The notes: generated from the sequence alone by a model not told the origin. Positions 29,408 to 39,296 are shown, numbered from the stretch's first letter. The stretch: DNA of 64,000 bases from Bacteriovoracia bacterium (GCA_050251055.1 JBFWNL010000001.1:171825-235824); one strand, 5' to 3'. Made by a program: numbers and translations.

Positions 29408-29450
29408 CTTGAGAGCGAGGTGGCCCAAGGAAGGGACCGGCAGTTGAGGC

Positions 29451-30779
29451 ATGAAGCCCCGCCAAAGAGCTAACCAGAGAGCTAAGAAGTTCTCCAATAA
29501 ATCCATTCGGAACACTTCGCTGGCCGAAGCGGCGCTGCCTATTTCCGCCGCCAATCAGCAAATTCAACAGATTCAAGGACTCCAGGACGAAATCGCCAGC
29601 GTGATCCGTCTCATGGAAGAGAAGGTCCGCCAGCTCGAGTGCCTGACTCAGTTTTCGTCGCTGCTGAACTCGACGCTCGATACTTCGGTGGTTCGGGAAA
29701 AGGCGCTCCAAGCCACCTGTCAGCTGCTCGAGTGTGAAACGGCGTCGCTCTTTCTCGTGGACGCCGCCGCCGGCGATCTTTACTTCGAAACGGCGCTTGG
29801 GGACACGGGCAAGGAACTGCAAAAGACGATTCGCCTACCGATCAATGACCGCTCGATCGCGGGTTTTGTGGCCATGAGCGCCGAATCCCTGCTTATCAAC
29901 GACGTCGAGCAGGATCCTCGTTACAATAAGAAAGCCACCTCCAAGACGGCCTTCCAAACGCGCAATATGGTTTGCGTTCCGCTCTTAGCCAAAGGCAAAA
30001 CGATCGGCGTCCTGCAGGCGATCAACAAACTTCCGCACGTGCCCCCACGCCCCTCCACCCACGCCTGGCCGGACTTCGGCGCCGAAGACCTGAAGCTTTT
30101 GCATACGCTCAGTCACCAGGTCGCCATCGCCGTCGAAAACGCCCAGCTCTATCGCCAGGTGAAAAAGAACTTCTACGACACGGTTGAAGCGCTTTCCGAG
30201 GCGATCGAGAAGAAGGATCGATACACGGGGGGCCATACCAAACGCGTGGTGCACTATTCGGTTTGCATCGCCAAGCACATCGGCATGAGCACCGACGAAA
30301 TGGACATACTGCGGCTGGGGGCGATCCTCCACGACGTGGGCAAGATCGGGATCGAGGACAAGATCCTCAAGAAGGCCGCTCCCCTCGATGAGTACGAATG
30401 GCCCGTGATGAAGACCCACCCGGAGCTGGGGTTTCAGATCATGAAGCGCCTAGAGAGCATGAAGGACGTGATCGGCGCCATGCGTTTCCATCATGAGCGC
30501 TGGGACGGAAAGGGCTACCCGCTGGGGCTGAAAGGGGACGAGATCCCATTGCACGCCCGGATCGTCGCCGTGGCCGATACATTCGATGCCATGGTGAGCA
30601 CGCGTCCGTACCGTAAGGGTCTGGACCCAAAGATTGCCTACGACGAGATCGTGAAGCATCGAGGCACCCAGTTTTGTCCTCGAGTGGTGGACGCCTTCGT
30701 AAAGGCCTTCCAGGTCGAAAAAATGGGCCGAGGCTCGGGAAACGGGGCCAAGCCTGAGCCGGAATCCGAGTCCGCCTAA
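29451..30779 (+). CDS. GAF plus HD-GYP domain phosphodiesterase
   Basis: GAF (SIAGFVA...INDVEQDPRY...NMVCVPL...IGVLQAINK); YTGGHTKRV, LHDVGK, HHERWDGKGYP. Confidence 0.92.
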   Translation: MKPRQRANQRAKKFSNKSIRNTSLAEAALPISAANQQIQQIQGLQDEIASVIRLMEEKVRQLECLTQFSSLLNSTLDTSVVREKALQATCQLLECETASLFLVDAAAGDLYFETALGDTGKELQKTIRLPINDRSIAGFVAMSAESLLINDVEQDPRYNKKATSKTAFQTRNMVCVPLLAKGKTIGVLQAINKLPHVPPRPSTHAWPDFGAEDLKLLHTLSHQVAIAVENAQLYRQVKKNFYDTVEALSEAIEKKDRYTGGHTKRVVHYSVCIAKHIGMSTDEMDILRLGAILHDVGKIGIEDKILKKAAPLDEYEWPVMKTHPELGFQIMKRLESMKDVIGAMRFHHERWDGKGYPLGLKGDEIPLHARIVAVADTFDAMVSTRPYRKGLDPKIAYDEIVKHRGTQFCPRVVDAFVKAFQVEKMGRGSGNGAKPEPESESA

Positions 30780-30829
30780 CCTTCGGCTAATCCATTGCTA
30801 AATCCATTTCACGCTGTTAATTTCATGAC

Positions 30830-31702
30830 ATGTCGTGGTTTGACGATCTTAAGACGCCTCGCATCAAAACGCAGGTGGCGCAACGCACGTCCAAGGTGCC
30901 GGAAGGTCTTTGGACGAAGTGCACCAAGTGCGGAGAGATTCTCCAATCGAAAGTCTTGAAAGACAGCCTCCGGGTTTGTCCGGAGTGCTCCTTCCATTTT
31001 CGCATGACGGCGGCCGAGCGGATTGCCATGCTCTCGGAAAGCTTCGAAGAGTACGGCCATAACCTGGTTTCCACGGATCCCCTTGAATTTGACGACTCCA
31101 AGCCTTATCGGGAGCGCCTGCGCGCTTCGGCGGAGAAAACCTCGCTCGGTGACGCGTTTGTCGCGGGTAAGGCTACCTTAGGCGGTTTGCCCTACCACCT
31201 GGGAGTGTTTGAATTCAAGTTCATGGGCGGTAGCATGGGCGTGGTGGTGGGTGAGAAGGCCTGCCAGGTGTTTGAGCGCGCCATGACCGATCGGCTGCCC
31301 GCCGTGATCGTTTCCGCCTCCGGCGGTGCCCGTATGCAAGAGGGGATTCTATCGCTCATGCAGATGGCGAAGACGAGCGCGCTGATCCACCGCATGCGCG
31401 AGGAGGGGCTTCCCTATATTTCGATTCTCACCGATCCCACGACCGGTGGGGTGGCCGCGTCGTTTGCGACCTTGGGCGACGTGATTTTTGCCGAGCCCGA
31501 AGCCCTCATTGGCTTCGCCGGGCCGCGCGTGATCCAACAGACGATCCGCCAAAGCCTGCCCGAGGGCTTCCAGACGAGCGAGTTTCTCTTACAACATGGA
31601 TTTGTTGACCGCATTGTCTCAAGGAAGGACTTGGCCAAAGAACTTCGGGAATGGATGCTCCGTCTCGGACGCAACACCTGCCGCTTCTCGAAGGGAATCT
31701 GA
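30830..31702 (+). CDS. accD: Acetyl-CoA carboxylase carboxyltransferase beta subunit
   Basis: GLWTKCTKC...VCPEC zinc ribbon; FMGGSMG, SGGARMQEG, DPTTGGV, GFAGPRVI. Confidence 0.97.
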   Translation: MSWFDDLKTPRIKTQVAQRTSKVPEGLWTKCTKCGEILQSKVLKDSLRVCPECSFHFRMTAAERIAMLSESFEEYGHNLVSTDPLEFDDSKPYRERLRASAEKTSLGDAFVAGKATLGGLPYHLGVFEFKFMGGSMGVVVGEKACQVFERAMTDRLPAVIVSASGGARMQEGILSLMQMAKTSALIHRMREEGLPYISILTDPTTGGVAASFATLGDVIFAEPEALIGFAGPRVIQQTIRQSLPEGFQTSEFLLQHGFVDRIVSRKDLAKELREWMLRLGRNTCRFSKGI

Positions 31703-34106
31703 ACCCAGCTCCGCAAGATTTAGCCGAGGGTTTTTTCGGCCAGTGGCACGCGCCACCTGGGCGTGGTTTGTCTTTTTCGTGGGTTGCCTCACGTTAGGCG
31801 GGGCGTTTGCTAACGCGGTCGTTGATCGCGGGCCTTTGCATCTTTCCGGGGACAAAACGAAGTGGGACCGCAAACGCGACCGCTACGAGCTGTGGGGGTT
31901 CGCGACCGTCAATAAACCCGGAGAGAGCATTACCGCCGACTACGTGGTCGTTGATCTCACCAACCGGACGCTCAACGCCTACGGAAACTGTATTTACACG
32001 GCCTCACAGACCATCATCTTGGCCGAGGAGATCCATTTCAACCTGGATACGAGCGCGGGAACCATTGTCGGTGGCAAGGTCACGAACGGACAATTCCTGC
32101 TTGTAGGGGAACGAATCAACAAGCTAGGCCAAGGGCGGTACCAGACGCATAAGGCCGAATACACCACGTGCCGTGACTGCCCCGGCAGCTGGTCGTTCAT
32201 GGGCGATGACGTGGATATCGAGTTCGAAGGCTACATGCACATGAGCAATGTCTCGGCGAAGGTGAAGGATACGCCAATGCTCTGGTTTCCCTATCTGATC
32301 ATTCCCGTGAAGACGAAGCGCCAGTCGGGCTTGCTTTTTCCCAAGCTGCGCTTCAGTAAATCTTATTTTCGCTACGTGCAGCCTTTCTTCTGGGCCACGA
32401 GCCGCAGTACGGACATGACCATTGGGCTTGGAGGCTACTCCGACCGCGGATTTCGCGCGGAGTGGGAGGGGCGTTACGCCCTCTCGCCGACAAGCAGCGG
32501 GGTGGCGCGGGTGTTTTACCTGAGGGATCGGGAAACCGCGGACGACTTCAATGCCCAGCAGCTGGGCCACGCGAATAATCGGTGGGCAATCGACTTCACC
32601 CAGAAGCAGGATCTGCCGCTGGATGTACGCCTGAAGTTTCGGTTTCTCGACATCAGTGATCGCAACTACCTGTTGGAGTTTTCGGATGACGTGCCCGGGC
32701 GTGGGGAGTCGGTGCTGGCCTCCGATCTCATCCTCTCGCACGCGACGCCGACGGTAAGCACGAACGTGGCGTTCCGCCGGTTTCGGAGTCTGCTTAATTT
32801 CGAGCAAAACCCCACGACCTTCGACGATCGGACCGTGCAGCTCTATCCGAAGGTGGATGTCTCGACGAATAACCGCTTTCTTTTTGGCACGCCTATCGCG
32901 GCGGGCCTGTCGGTGGGGCTGTATAACTTCATGCGCTCGGGAGACGCGAACTACGGCTCTTTCGATGGCGCATACGATTTTGACCCCGATCGACCGACCC
33001 AAACGGGTATCCCGACCGCGATCCCGGGGCTGGATCCCTTGCGACGGGCGGTGCGCTTCTCCGTTTTCCCAACCGTTTACACCACGCTCCGGCCCGGCGA
33101 CGTGTTTTCACTCGTCCCCTCGGTGCAGTACCGGGGTTATTTTTATTCGTTTAACGGCGCGGAAGAGCCGCTGGGCCGCGGCTACCTGCTTTTTCAGACG
33201 GAGCTCTCCACCCAGTTCGAGCGCATCTATGACATGGACGATCCGGATATCCCCAAGCTCAAGCATCTGGTTCGGCCATTCGTTCGCTATTCCCGTATCG
33301 GCGCGCGATGGGAAGACGAAAGCCACCCCTTTATTCAGCAGATCGCTCGCCGGGACGGATACAAATTCGACAATAACGATATCGTCCCCTATGGCGGCAA
33401 CGTAAGCTTGGTAAACTACTTCACCCCCTTGGGGAACTCTCTGACCTATGGCTTCACCACCCAGTGGATTCGCCGCAAGGGCGCGCTGAATGCCACGGAT
33501 CCGTCTTATCAACGCATCGTGGAGTTTCGTGCCGGCCAGACCTTGGACTTGGTAGAGCTCGACAAGCCGGACGAGAACAAACGCATCCCGTTTACCCGCC
33601 TGGAAACCGGCTTGGGCCTGAATTTTGACCGGTGGACTTCTTCCACCCAGTACAATTTCTATCCTTTTTTGAGTCGGCTGTTTCCGGTCACGGGCGGCCC
33701 GAGCCTGCAGTCACCCCATGAGTTCTCCACTCACTTTTCCTATTCGCTTATTCAGGAGATGCACCAAGAGATCCTGCTTTTCCAACGTAGCTTGTGGGCC
33801 GCTTATTCTTTTCAGCGTATCAGCGGCAATACCTCAAACCTACGCGCCGGCATCACGTACTCGCTTAGTGATTACGTCATGCCATCGCTCTCCGGATCCT
33901 ATGATTTTACCCAGCACTATTTCAACAGCGCGACGTTAGAAGTGAAGTTCCAAAGCCCGTCGCGTTGTTGGGCCTTTAGCATCAAAGCGGATTTTCGTAT
34001 CGACCGCATCGGTTCGGAGTGGGAGTTTCCGCCCGATTTGTCGCTCAATCTCGTAGGTACGGGATTCGACGGCGTGAGCGGCGTCACCAATCGCGTGATT
34101 CGGTAG
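31596..34106 (+). CDS. lptD: LPS-assembly protein LptD (true start probably later, near 31745)
   Basis: N-terminal beta-jellyroll, YTTCRDC, PMLWFPY...KRQSGLLFP, long beta-barrel with CWAF near the C-terminus. Confidence 0.85.
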   Translation: MDLLTALSQGRTWPKNFGNGCSVSDATPAASRRESEPSSARFSRGFFRPVARATWAWFVFFVGCLTLGGAFANAVVDRGPLHLSGDKTKWDRKRDRYELWGFATVNKPGESITADYVVVDLTNRTLNAYGNCIYTASQTIILAEEIHFNLDTSAGTIVGGKVTNGQFLLVGERINKLGQGRYQTHKAEYTTCRDCPGSWSFMGDDVDIEFEGYMHMSNVSAKVKDTPMLWFPYLIIPVKTKRQSGLLFPKLRFSKSYFRYVQPFFWATSRSTDMTIGLGGYSDRGFRAEWEGRYALSPTSSGVARVFYLRDRETADDFNAQQLGHANNRWAIDFTQKQDLPLDVRLKFRFLDISDRNYLLEFSDDVPGRGESVLASDLILSHATPTVSTNVAFRRFRSLLNFEQNPTTFDDRTVQLYPKVDVSTNNRFLFGTPIAAGLSVGLYNFMRSGDANYGSFDGAYDFDPDRPTQTGIPTAIPGLDPLRRAVRFSVFPTVYTTLRPGDVFSLVPSVQYRGYFYSFNGAEEPLGRGYLLFQTELSTQFERIYDMDDPDIPKLKHLVRPFVRYSRIGARWEDESHPFIQQIARRDGYKFDNNDIVPYGGNVSLVNYFTPLGNSLTYGFTTQWIRRKGALNATDPSYQRIVEFRAGQTLDLVELDKPDENKRIPFTRLETGLGLNFDRWTSSTQYNFYPFLSRLFPVTGGPSLQSPHEFSTHFSYSLIQEMHQEILLFQRSLWAAYSFQRISGNTSNLRAGITYSLSDYVMPSLSGSYDFTQHYFNSATLEVKFQSPSRCWAFSIKADFRIDRIGSEWEFPPDLSLNLVGTGFDGVSGVTNRVIR

Positions 34107-34175
34107 TATTTTGACGGCAAGGGCGGCAAGGTCGTCCGCTTTGATTCGCTTTGGTGCGGGGTGTATTCTATTACC

Positions 34176-34973
34176 ATGCGCATCCTGATCTCCAATGACG
34201 ATGGTGTTTACGCTCCCGGAATCCAAGCCTTGCAGCGCGCTTTCGCGAAGCTGGGAGAGACCTGGGTAGTGGCGCCGCTGGAGGAAAAAAGCACCACTGG
34301 TCATTCGCTCACGCTTCATAAACCTCTGCGCGTGCTGAACCTGGAGCGCGAGCTCGGCAAGCGTTACTTCGGCGTGAGCGGATCGCCCGCCGATTGCATT
34401 TACCTGGCCACACGCCACCTATTACGGGCAAAACCCGATCTCGTGGTTTCGGGGATCAACCGGGGCGCAAATTTGGGCCAGGACATCTATTACTCGGGCA
34501 CGGTTTCCGCCGCCCGTGAAGCCGCCATGCTCGAGATTCCGGCGCTAGCGGTGAGCCTGGTGATCAATTTCAAACGCCAGCAGAAGCGCGGTCAAGATTT
34601 TCATTATGCGACGGCCGCGCGCTACGCCGTGGAACTGGCGCGCCGCTGGAAAACGCTCGCCGTGCCGAATCACACGCTCTTGAACCTCAACGTGCCGGAC
34701 GCGCCCTACGCGAAGGTAAGGGGGCTCAAGAGCGGTCACCAGGGGTTTCGCTACTACGAGGGCACGGTGCTTAAGCGTCGCGATCATCGGGGGCGCGATT
34801 ACTACTGGGTGGGCGGGATGTACCAGGGGCATGATCGACGAGACGAGACCGATTGTGATTGGGTGGAGCGGGGCTACGCCGCCGTGACGCCGATCAAGAT
34901 CGACGCGACCGATACGCTGTGTTTGGCGCGGCTGCAGGAAAGAATCGCGGCGAAACCCGGGGGGCGAAGGTGA
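34176..34973 (+). CDS. surE: 5'/3'-nucleotidase SurE
   Basis: MRILISNDDG, GSPADC, SGINRGANLG, YSGTVSAA. Confidence 0.96.
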   Translation: MRILISNDDGVYAPGIQALQRAFAKLGETWVVAPLEEKSTTGHSLTLHKPLRVLNLERELGKRYFGVSGSPADCIYLATRHLLRAKPDLVVSGINRGANLGQDIYYSGTVSAAREAAMLEIPALAVSLVINFKRQQKRGQDFHYATAARYAVELARRWKTLAVPNHTLLNLNVPDAPYAKVRGLKSGHQGFRYYEGTVLKRRDHRGRDYYWVGGMYQGHDRRDETDCDWVERGYAAVTPIKIDATDTLCLARLQERIAAKPGGRR

Positions 34974-35596
34974 GCCGGGGGTGGTCACGGGCGGTTTCCG
35001 TCGTGCTCGTCGGCTTGGCGCTTGCGTCGGGCTGTGCCACGCGCGGGGGACAAAACAGGCGCGGGTGGATGGATCACTGGTCTCGGAACTCAGAGCCTTC
35101 GATCAGTTCGCGTGACCTTCGCGAAATTCGGGCCGAAGCGGCGACTTGGCAGTGGCCGGTGGCGCGCCCGCAGGTGACCTCGATTTTTGGGCCGCGCAAC
35201 GGGACCGCCCACGAGGGCATTGACTTGAGGGCGAAGATGAAGACGAAGGTGTTAGCGGCCGATGCCGGCACGGTCGTCTATTCCGATTCTCGCATCGGCG
35301 GTTACGGACGCATGGTCGTCATTAAGCATGACCGCGAGTTATTCACGGTGTACGCGCATCACTCGCGCAACTTGGTGAAAGCGGGGCAAAAGGTGAAGCG
35401 AGGCCAGCAAATCGCGCTTTCGGGTAAGTCCGGCAACGCGAGCGGTCCGCACCTGCACTTCGAAATCCGCCGCGGAACCGTGGCCATTGACCCCATCGCC
35501 GTGCTGCCCGATCCGCTGCCTCGTCCGGCGCGCACGAAACGCGGGGGCGCCAAGCGGGATCGGCTGCTCGCGGACAGCCAGAAAAACCAAGGGTAA
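34970..35596 (+). CDS. M23 family metallopeptidase lipoprotein (NlpD-like)
   Basis: Lipobox LASGC; HEGID, YAH and GPHLHFEIR motifs; GTGA overlap with surE (surE-nlpD synteny). Confidence 0.9.
   Translation: MSRGWSRAVSVVLVGLALASGCATRGGQNRRGWMDHWSRNSEPSISSRDLREIRAEAATWQWPVARPQVTSIFGPRNGTAHEGIDLRAKMKTKVLAADAGTVVYSDSRIGGYGRMVVIKHDRELFTVYAHHSRNLVKAGQKVKRGQQIALSGKSGNASGPHLHFEIRRGTVAIDPIAVLPDPLPRPARTKRGGAKRDRLLADSQKNQG
35447..35498 (+). repeat. Direct repeat A (second copy at 41398-41449)
   Basis: 52 bp of the M23 gene (ccgcacctgcacttcgaaatcc...ccccatcg), 51/52 identical to 41398-41449. Confidence 0.9.
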
Positions 35597-35608
35597 GCGC
35601 TAGCCGGG

Positions 35609-36295
35609 TCAGTTAGTATTAAGCAGGATTTTTGCTTTCTGTTCGGTGATTCGGCAAGCGTGCTCGCGGACGATCGAATTGTAGTCCCACATTTTAGCGG
35701 TGCAGCCAAACCTCGACACGGGCGAGGTCTCCTGCAGCTCGAAAAAGTCTTCGTGGTCGTACTCGTACATTTCCGCGCCGAAGAATCCTGTGCCTTTTCC
35801 AAGCAGTCGTTTGCCGTGGTGCGATCTTTCGATGGCGAATCTGCCATTGATGACTCGGGAGCGTTCCGAGACATCCCTCAATTGCAAGAAGCAAACTCCC
35901 AGGTCGCGGTAGGCGGTTTGGTAGGCATCAAACGCTTGCGGATTCACCCCACTATTGCCCGGCTGCACGTGCAACAAACCGTAGATGATTTGCGTCTTCG
36001 CATTTTTCAGCTCATGCCAAGTTGGGTTCGGATCAATTTTGGGATTCAGCATCGCTTCGCAATAGCGTTTATTGGTTAGCTCCTGCGGCCTCCCCTTGTC
36101 GCCGACAAAGAGGATGGCGCAAGCGCCCGGGCCCACCGTGAGGTTGTCTAGGCTCACGGAAGACTCCGCGCCAATGCCGCTGAGGGGCGTCTGGTCGCAG
36201 CCTCCATTGTCTTCGGATGCGTTCGCCTGGAAGGAGGTACCCCTAGCCAGGATGCTCAAGGTCAGCAGGACGGTAGAAAATCGTAGAATCGGCAT
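35609..36295 (-). CDS. Secreted hypothetical protein
   Basis: AAAGGAG SD, signal peptide, several Cys. Confidence 0.7.
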   Translation of the reverse strand: MPILRFSTVLLTLSILARGTSFQANASEDNGGCDQTPLSGIGAESSVSLDNLTVGPGACAILFVGDKGRPQELTNKRYCEAMLNPKIDPNPTWHELKNAKTQIIYGLLHVQPGNSGVNPQAFDAYQTAYRDLGVCFLQLRDVSERSRVINGRFAIERSHHGKRLLGKGTGFFGAEMYEYDHEDFFELQETSPVSRFGCTAKMWDYNSIVREHACRITEQKAKILLNTN

Positions 36296-36470
36296 AATTG
36301 CTCCTTTGTGAAGCGGGGAGAATGTGACTCATTGCGTTATAGCTGTCCACCTCTTCTCACGGCAGCAGGAAAAGAGCTTACTCATCCGCGCGGAAGGCGA
36401 ACGGGATGCGCACGTCGGGATCGTTTGCTATAGTCCAGCTATCCCGCCGGTATCGTTGTAGTTGTCGAGG

Positions 36471-36545
36471 GGAGCCGTAGTTAAATGGATATAACGGGTG
36501 TTTCCTAAACATCTATTACAGGTTCGATTCCTGTCGGTTCCACCA
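36471..36545 (+). tRNA. tRNA-Arg (anticodon CCT)
   Basis: Acceptor GGAGCCG/CGGTTCC, D stem GTTA/TAAC, anticodon stem GGTGT/ACATC with loop TT-CCT-AA, T stem ACAGG-TTCGATT-CCTGT, encoded ACCA; 75 nt. Confidence 0.95.
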
Positions 36546-36612
36546 TCTTTCCACAAAAACAAAAGACGCGTCCCCCTCAAGACGCGCCTTTTGTTTTTGT
36601 GGAAAGATGGTG
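36541..36612. repeat. 32-bp inverted repeat overlapping the tRNA 3' end
   Basis: CACCATCTTTCCACAAAAACAAAAGACGCGTC-8 nt-GACGCGCCTTTTGTTTTTGTGGAAAGATGGTG; one mismatch. Confidence 0.9.
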
Positions 36613-36657
36613 AATGCGACGAACAAATCGCGGAGCGAGCGGTACGCCTCTCCGGTA

Positions 36658-37737
36658 TTATTGAGCGATCGAGATCGACCGGCGGAGGCCGAATAAGTTT
36701 ATCGCCGCGGCGCTGAGGGCGAGCGTCGGGTCAAGAAAGGTAAAACCGGTAGCTCGATCCCAGCGAGCCAAGCGGAGCGTATTGCCGACGCCGATCACGG
36801 CGTAGCGATCACTTCGGCTTAGGAAGAGGGCGGCTCCGCTTCCAGCCAAATTGAGGGTGTGAAGAGGACTGCTTGCCAGGCCGGAGGATGAAACTGCGAA
36901 TACGGAAAGCGTTTGCCCTGATTTGTGAGAGACGAAAAGGAGGCTTCCGTCTTCGGAGAGCGCCAAAAAATTCGGCTGAGCCGCTGAGCTTACCTGATTT
37001 AGGAGGGTTAGAGCGCCCTCTTGAATGAGATAGGTGAGGACTACGCCGGCGTTATAACCCGCACCGTAGATGCGATCCCCCGTGGCGTCGAAGACAATGT
37101 CCTGCATGAACGCCGCATTCGTCGTCGACGCATAGACTGTGAGGGCACCAGAACTAGAGTCTAGATCATAGACCGTGAGCTGAGCTGGAACGGAGTCGAG
37201 TATGGCGATTCGCCGGGAATCCGGAGACACCGCGAACTTCCAACATGGAACGTGTCCGGTCGACAATGGGGTAGCGGCGCCGTTAATGAGTCCGTCGGAT
37301 AAGGGAAAGCGGACAATCTCTCCGGCGGTATTGGTGCAGGCAAACAGCCACTTCCCGTCGGGAGTAATCACCGCTTGCGTGGGGTTGTCGGGGAGGGAAA
37401 TGCTTTGGCGTTGTTCGAAGCTTGCGTCGGCCTCCTTGCCGATCGCAAGTCGCGTAATTGTGTCAGTGGCCGAGGACAGGAGGTAGATGTCTTGGTTGTG
37501 CACGGCGGCAGAAGTTAGGGCGGCCGTATAGCTTGCCAATTCAATTAATTCTCCCGATGCATAATTCACCGAGATTTTTCGCACGCGCGCGCTGGTGGTC
37601 ACCGCGACATCCTGCCAATACAAACTGGGTTGATGAAAATGGGCAGTGCAACCGGGGGTCGTCATGAGTACGAGAAGTGTAGTCAGGACTTTTTTGTATC
37701 GCGAGCCCATGGCGGACATTGTATCCAATGTGCCCAC
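36658..37737 (-). CDS. Lactonase-family beta-propeller lipoprotein
   Basis: Lipobox-like TPGC; repeated blades (TPDGKWLFA, SPDSRRIAI, DATGDRIYG, SEDGSLLFVS). Confidence 0.75.
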   Translation of the reverse strand: MGTLDTMSAMGSRYKKVLTTLLVLMTTPGCTAHFHQPSLYWQDVAVTTSARVRKISVNYASGELIELASYTAALTSAAVHNQDIYLLSSATDTITRLAIGKEADASFEQRQSISLPDNPTQAVITPDGKWLFACTNTAGEIVRFPLSDGLINGAATPLSTGHVPCWKFAVSPDSRRIAILDSVPAQLTVYDLDSSSGALTVYASTTNAAFMQDIVFDATGDRIYGAGYNAGVVLTYLIQEGALTLLNQVSSAAQPNFLALSEDGSLLFVSHKSGQTLSVFAVSSSGLASSPLHTLNLAGSGAALFLSRSDRYAVIGVGNTLRLARWDRATGFTFLDPTLALSAAAINLFGLRRSISIAQ

Positions 37738-39182
37738 TACGGGCCAGGGGCATCACTGATCCCCGTGCCGGAATGTGTTCCGGCGCCGCCGTCGTCCACG
37801 GTGGTGGGTTCGACGTAGACGCCGTCGCCTGAATCCGTCACCGCGAAGCGGATGCGCTGGCAGATAGTGTGAAGCGAGTAAGTAACGGCGGCGAAATAGT
37901 CATCACCCGAGTGGGGCGTACCCCAATTCGGCATCACGCAATATAGATCTCCGCTCGCGGGATCGCGTCCAACCGTCGGGTCGGTTACATGGGCCCCCCC
38001 GCCGGTGACCGTGCAGGAGCTGAGCACCCATCCGTTAGCGGCGTTACAAGCCATGCCCGCGTAGCCAGGTTTGTCTGGAATGAAATATGCGCGAAAGATG
38101 GAGTTGGCTGCGATTCCCTTGGGAGTGTCGATGGGGGTGATCCCGCATCGGCCTTCTTCGCCCATGTGGTTTTGATTACCGAAATTTTTATGCAGTAATG
38201 GCCATTGGGGGCGGTGATTCTCGTGGTAGCTGGGCAAAAGGTACAAGCGATAGTCAGGATCGCCGCTCGAAGCATCGGGGGGGATTGTGGTAATTCCGGG
38301 AGGCAGAGAGCCACCAGGATTCGCGCCGGGCACCGGGGCGGGATCGATGCTGCCGTCAGGGGCGATGAGATGCAGCCCGTCCGGCCAGATCACGTATTTG
38401 GTTTTGCTGCCGTCGGACATGACGCCGGTGACTTTCGTGCCGTATGCCGGCTTGTATCGACGGGCTAGGTCGAGATCCGCATCATCCACTCGTCGGTCAC
38501 AGCCCACCTTGTGTAACGCGAGCGCCTTTCGTTTGGCGATGGCGACTTCGTTGATGAGTTGCGGTCCCAAGAAAGCGTTGGGATCCGCGCAACTCACGAC
38601 TTCGCCGCCCTGGCTGGGGTCGGTCAGCAGGGCGACCGGAAGATGTCTTTCCCATGCCTGGGTTCCCAAAGAATTTCCGGCCGCCGCCTTCACGGAAAAT
38701 AGCGCGAGGTGTCGTTTCAGAAGCCGATTGATGCCGGGGGCTCCGCTCGGATCGGGAACCTGCACGGTGTCTGGCCGCAGCCCGATCCGGGAGTTAAGCG
38801 TCATCGAGACCACGCTTTGGTGGGAGCCCACGACCGAACCGAGTTTGAGAACGGCTTGCTCGCCTGCCCTCACTTCTTCAACTGCGGTCGTATAGACGTT
38901 ACTGGGGTTGCGGGGGTTGAACCGGACGTAGGTGCCGTCGGCGGCGCGAAATGCGCGCCCACAAGCTTCGGGTGTCGAGAAGATTTGCTGCAAGGAAGCG
39001 GTTACATTGTTTAGATCGGTTTTTCCGGTAACGCTTTGGCTAAACCTAGCGCTGTGAACCAGGCCATCCGCGAGAGCGAGTAGGACTATGGAAATACACG
39101 CCATCGCGAGCAGGACGGTGACCAAGGAAAATCCCCGTCTCGTGTAAAACAAGCGCAAACCCGGTATTGGACTAGGGGCCAT
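37737..39182 (-). CDS. Type IV pilin / pseudopilin-like protein with large C-terminal domain
   Basis: Class III signal RRG|FSLVTVLLAMACISIVLL (Glu5 replaced by Thr); Cys-rich C-terminal region. Confidence 0.7.
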   Translation of the reverse strand: MAPSPIPGLRLFYTRRGFSLVTVLLAMACISIVLLALADGLVHSARFSQSVTGKTDLNNVTASLQQIFSTPEACGRAFRAADGTYVRFNPRNPSNVYTTAVEEVRAGEQAVLKLGSVVGSHQSVVSMTLNSRIGLRPDTVQVPDPSGAPGINRLLKRHLALFSVKAAAGNSLGTQAWERHLPVALLTDPSQGGEVVSCADPNAFLGPQLINEVAIAKRKALALHKVGCDRRVDDADLDLARRYKPAYGTKVTGVMSDGSKTKYVIWPDGLHLIAPDGSIDPAPVPGANPGGSLPPGITTIPPDASSGDPDYRLYLLPSYHENHRPQWPLLHKNFGNQNHMGEEGRCGITPIDTPKGIAANSIFRAYFIPDKPGYAGMACNAANGWVLSSCTVTGGGAHVTDPTVGRDPASGDLYCVMPNWGTPHSGDDYFAAVTYSLHTICQRIRFAVTDSGDGVYVEPTTVDDGGAGTHSGTGISDAPGP

Positions 39183-39296
39183 GACATTGGGGGCCGGGTT
39201 TGCGCTTGTTGCTTGCCATCCCGAATGGGGCTTATTTCGAGAACTTTGTTTTTTTTCCGTCCCGCGCTCCGTCATGCAGAAACAATAACGCACAGA

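Noticed and set aside
29269-29450. RNase P RNA or c-di-GMP riboswitch downstream of rsmI
   Set aside because: Too short for rnpB and lacks GAGGAAAGTCC; no GEMM-type GGCAAAC...GAAA...GACGCAAAG pattern. Kept only as an unknown sRNA candidate.
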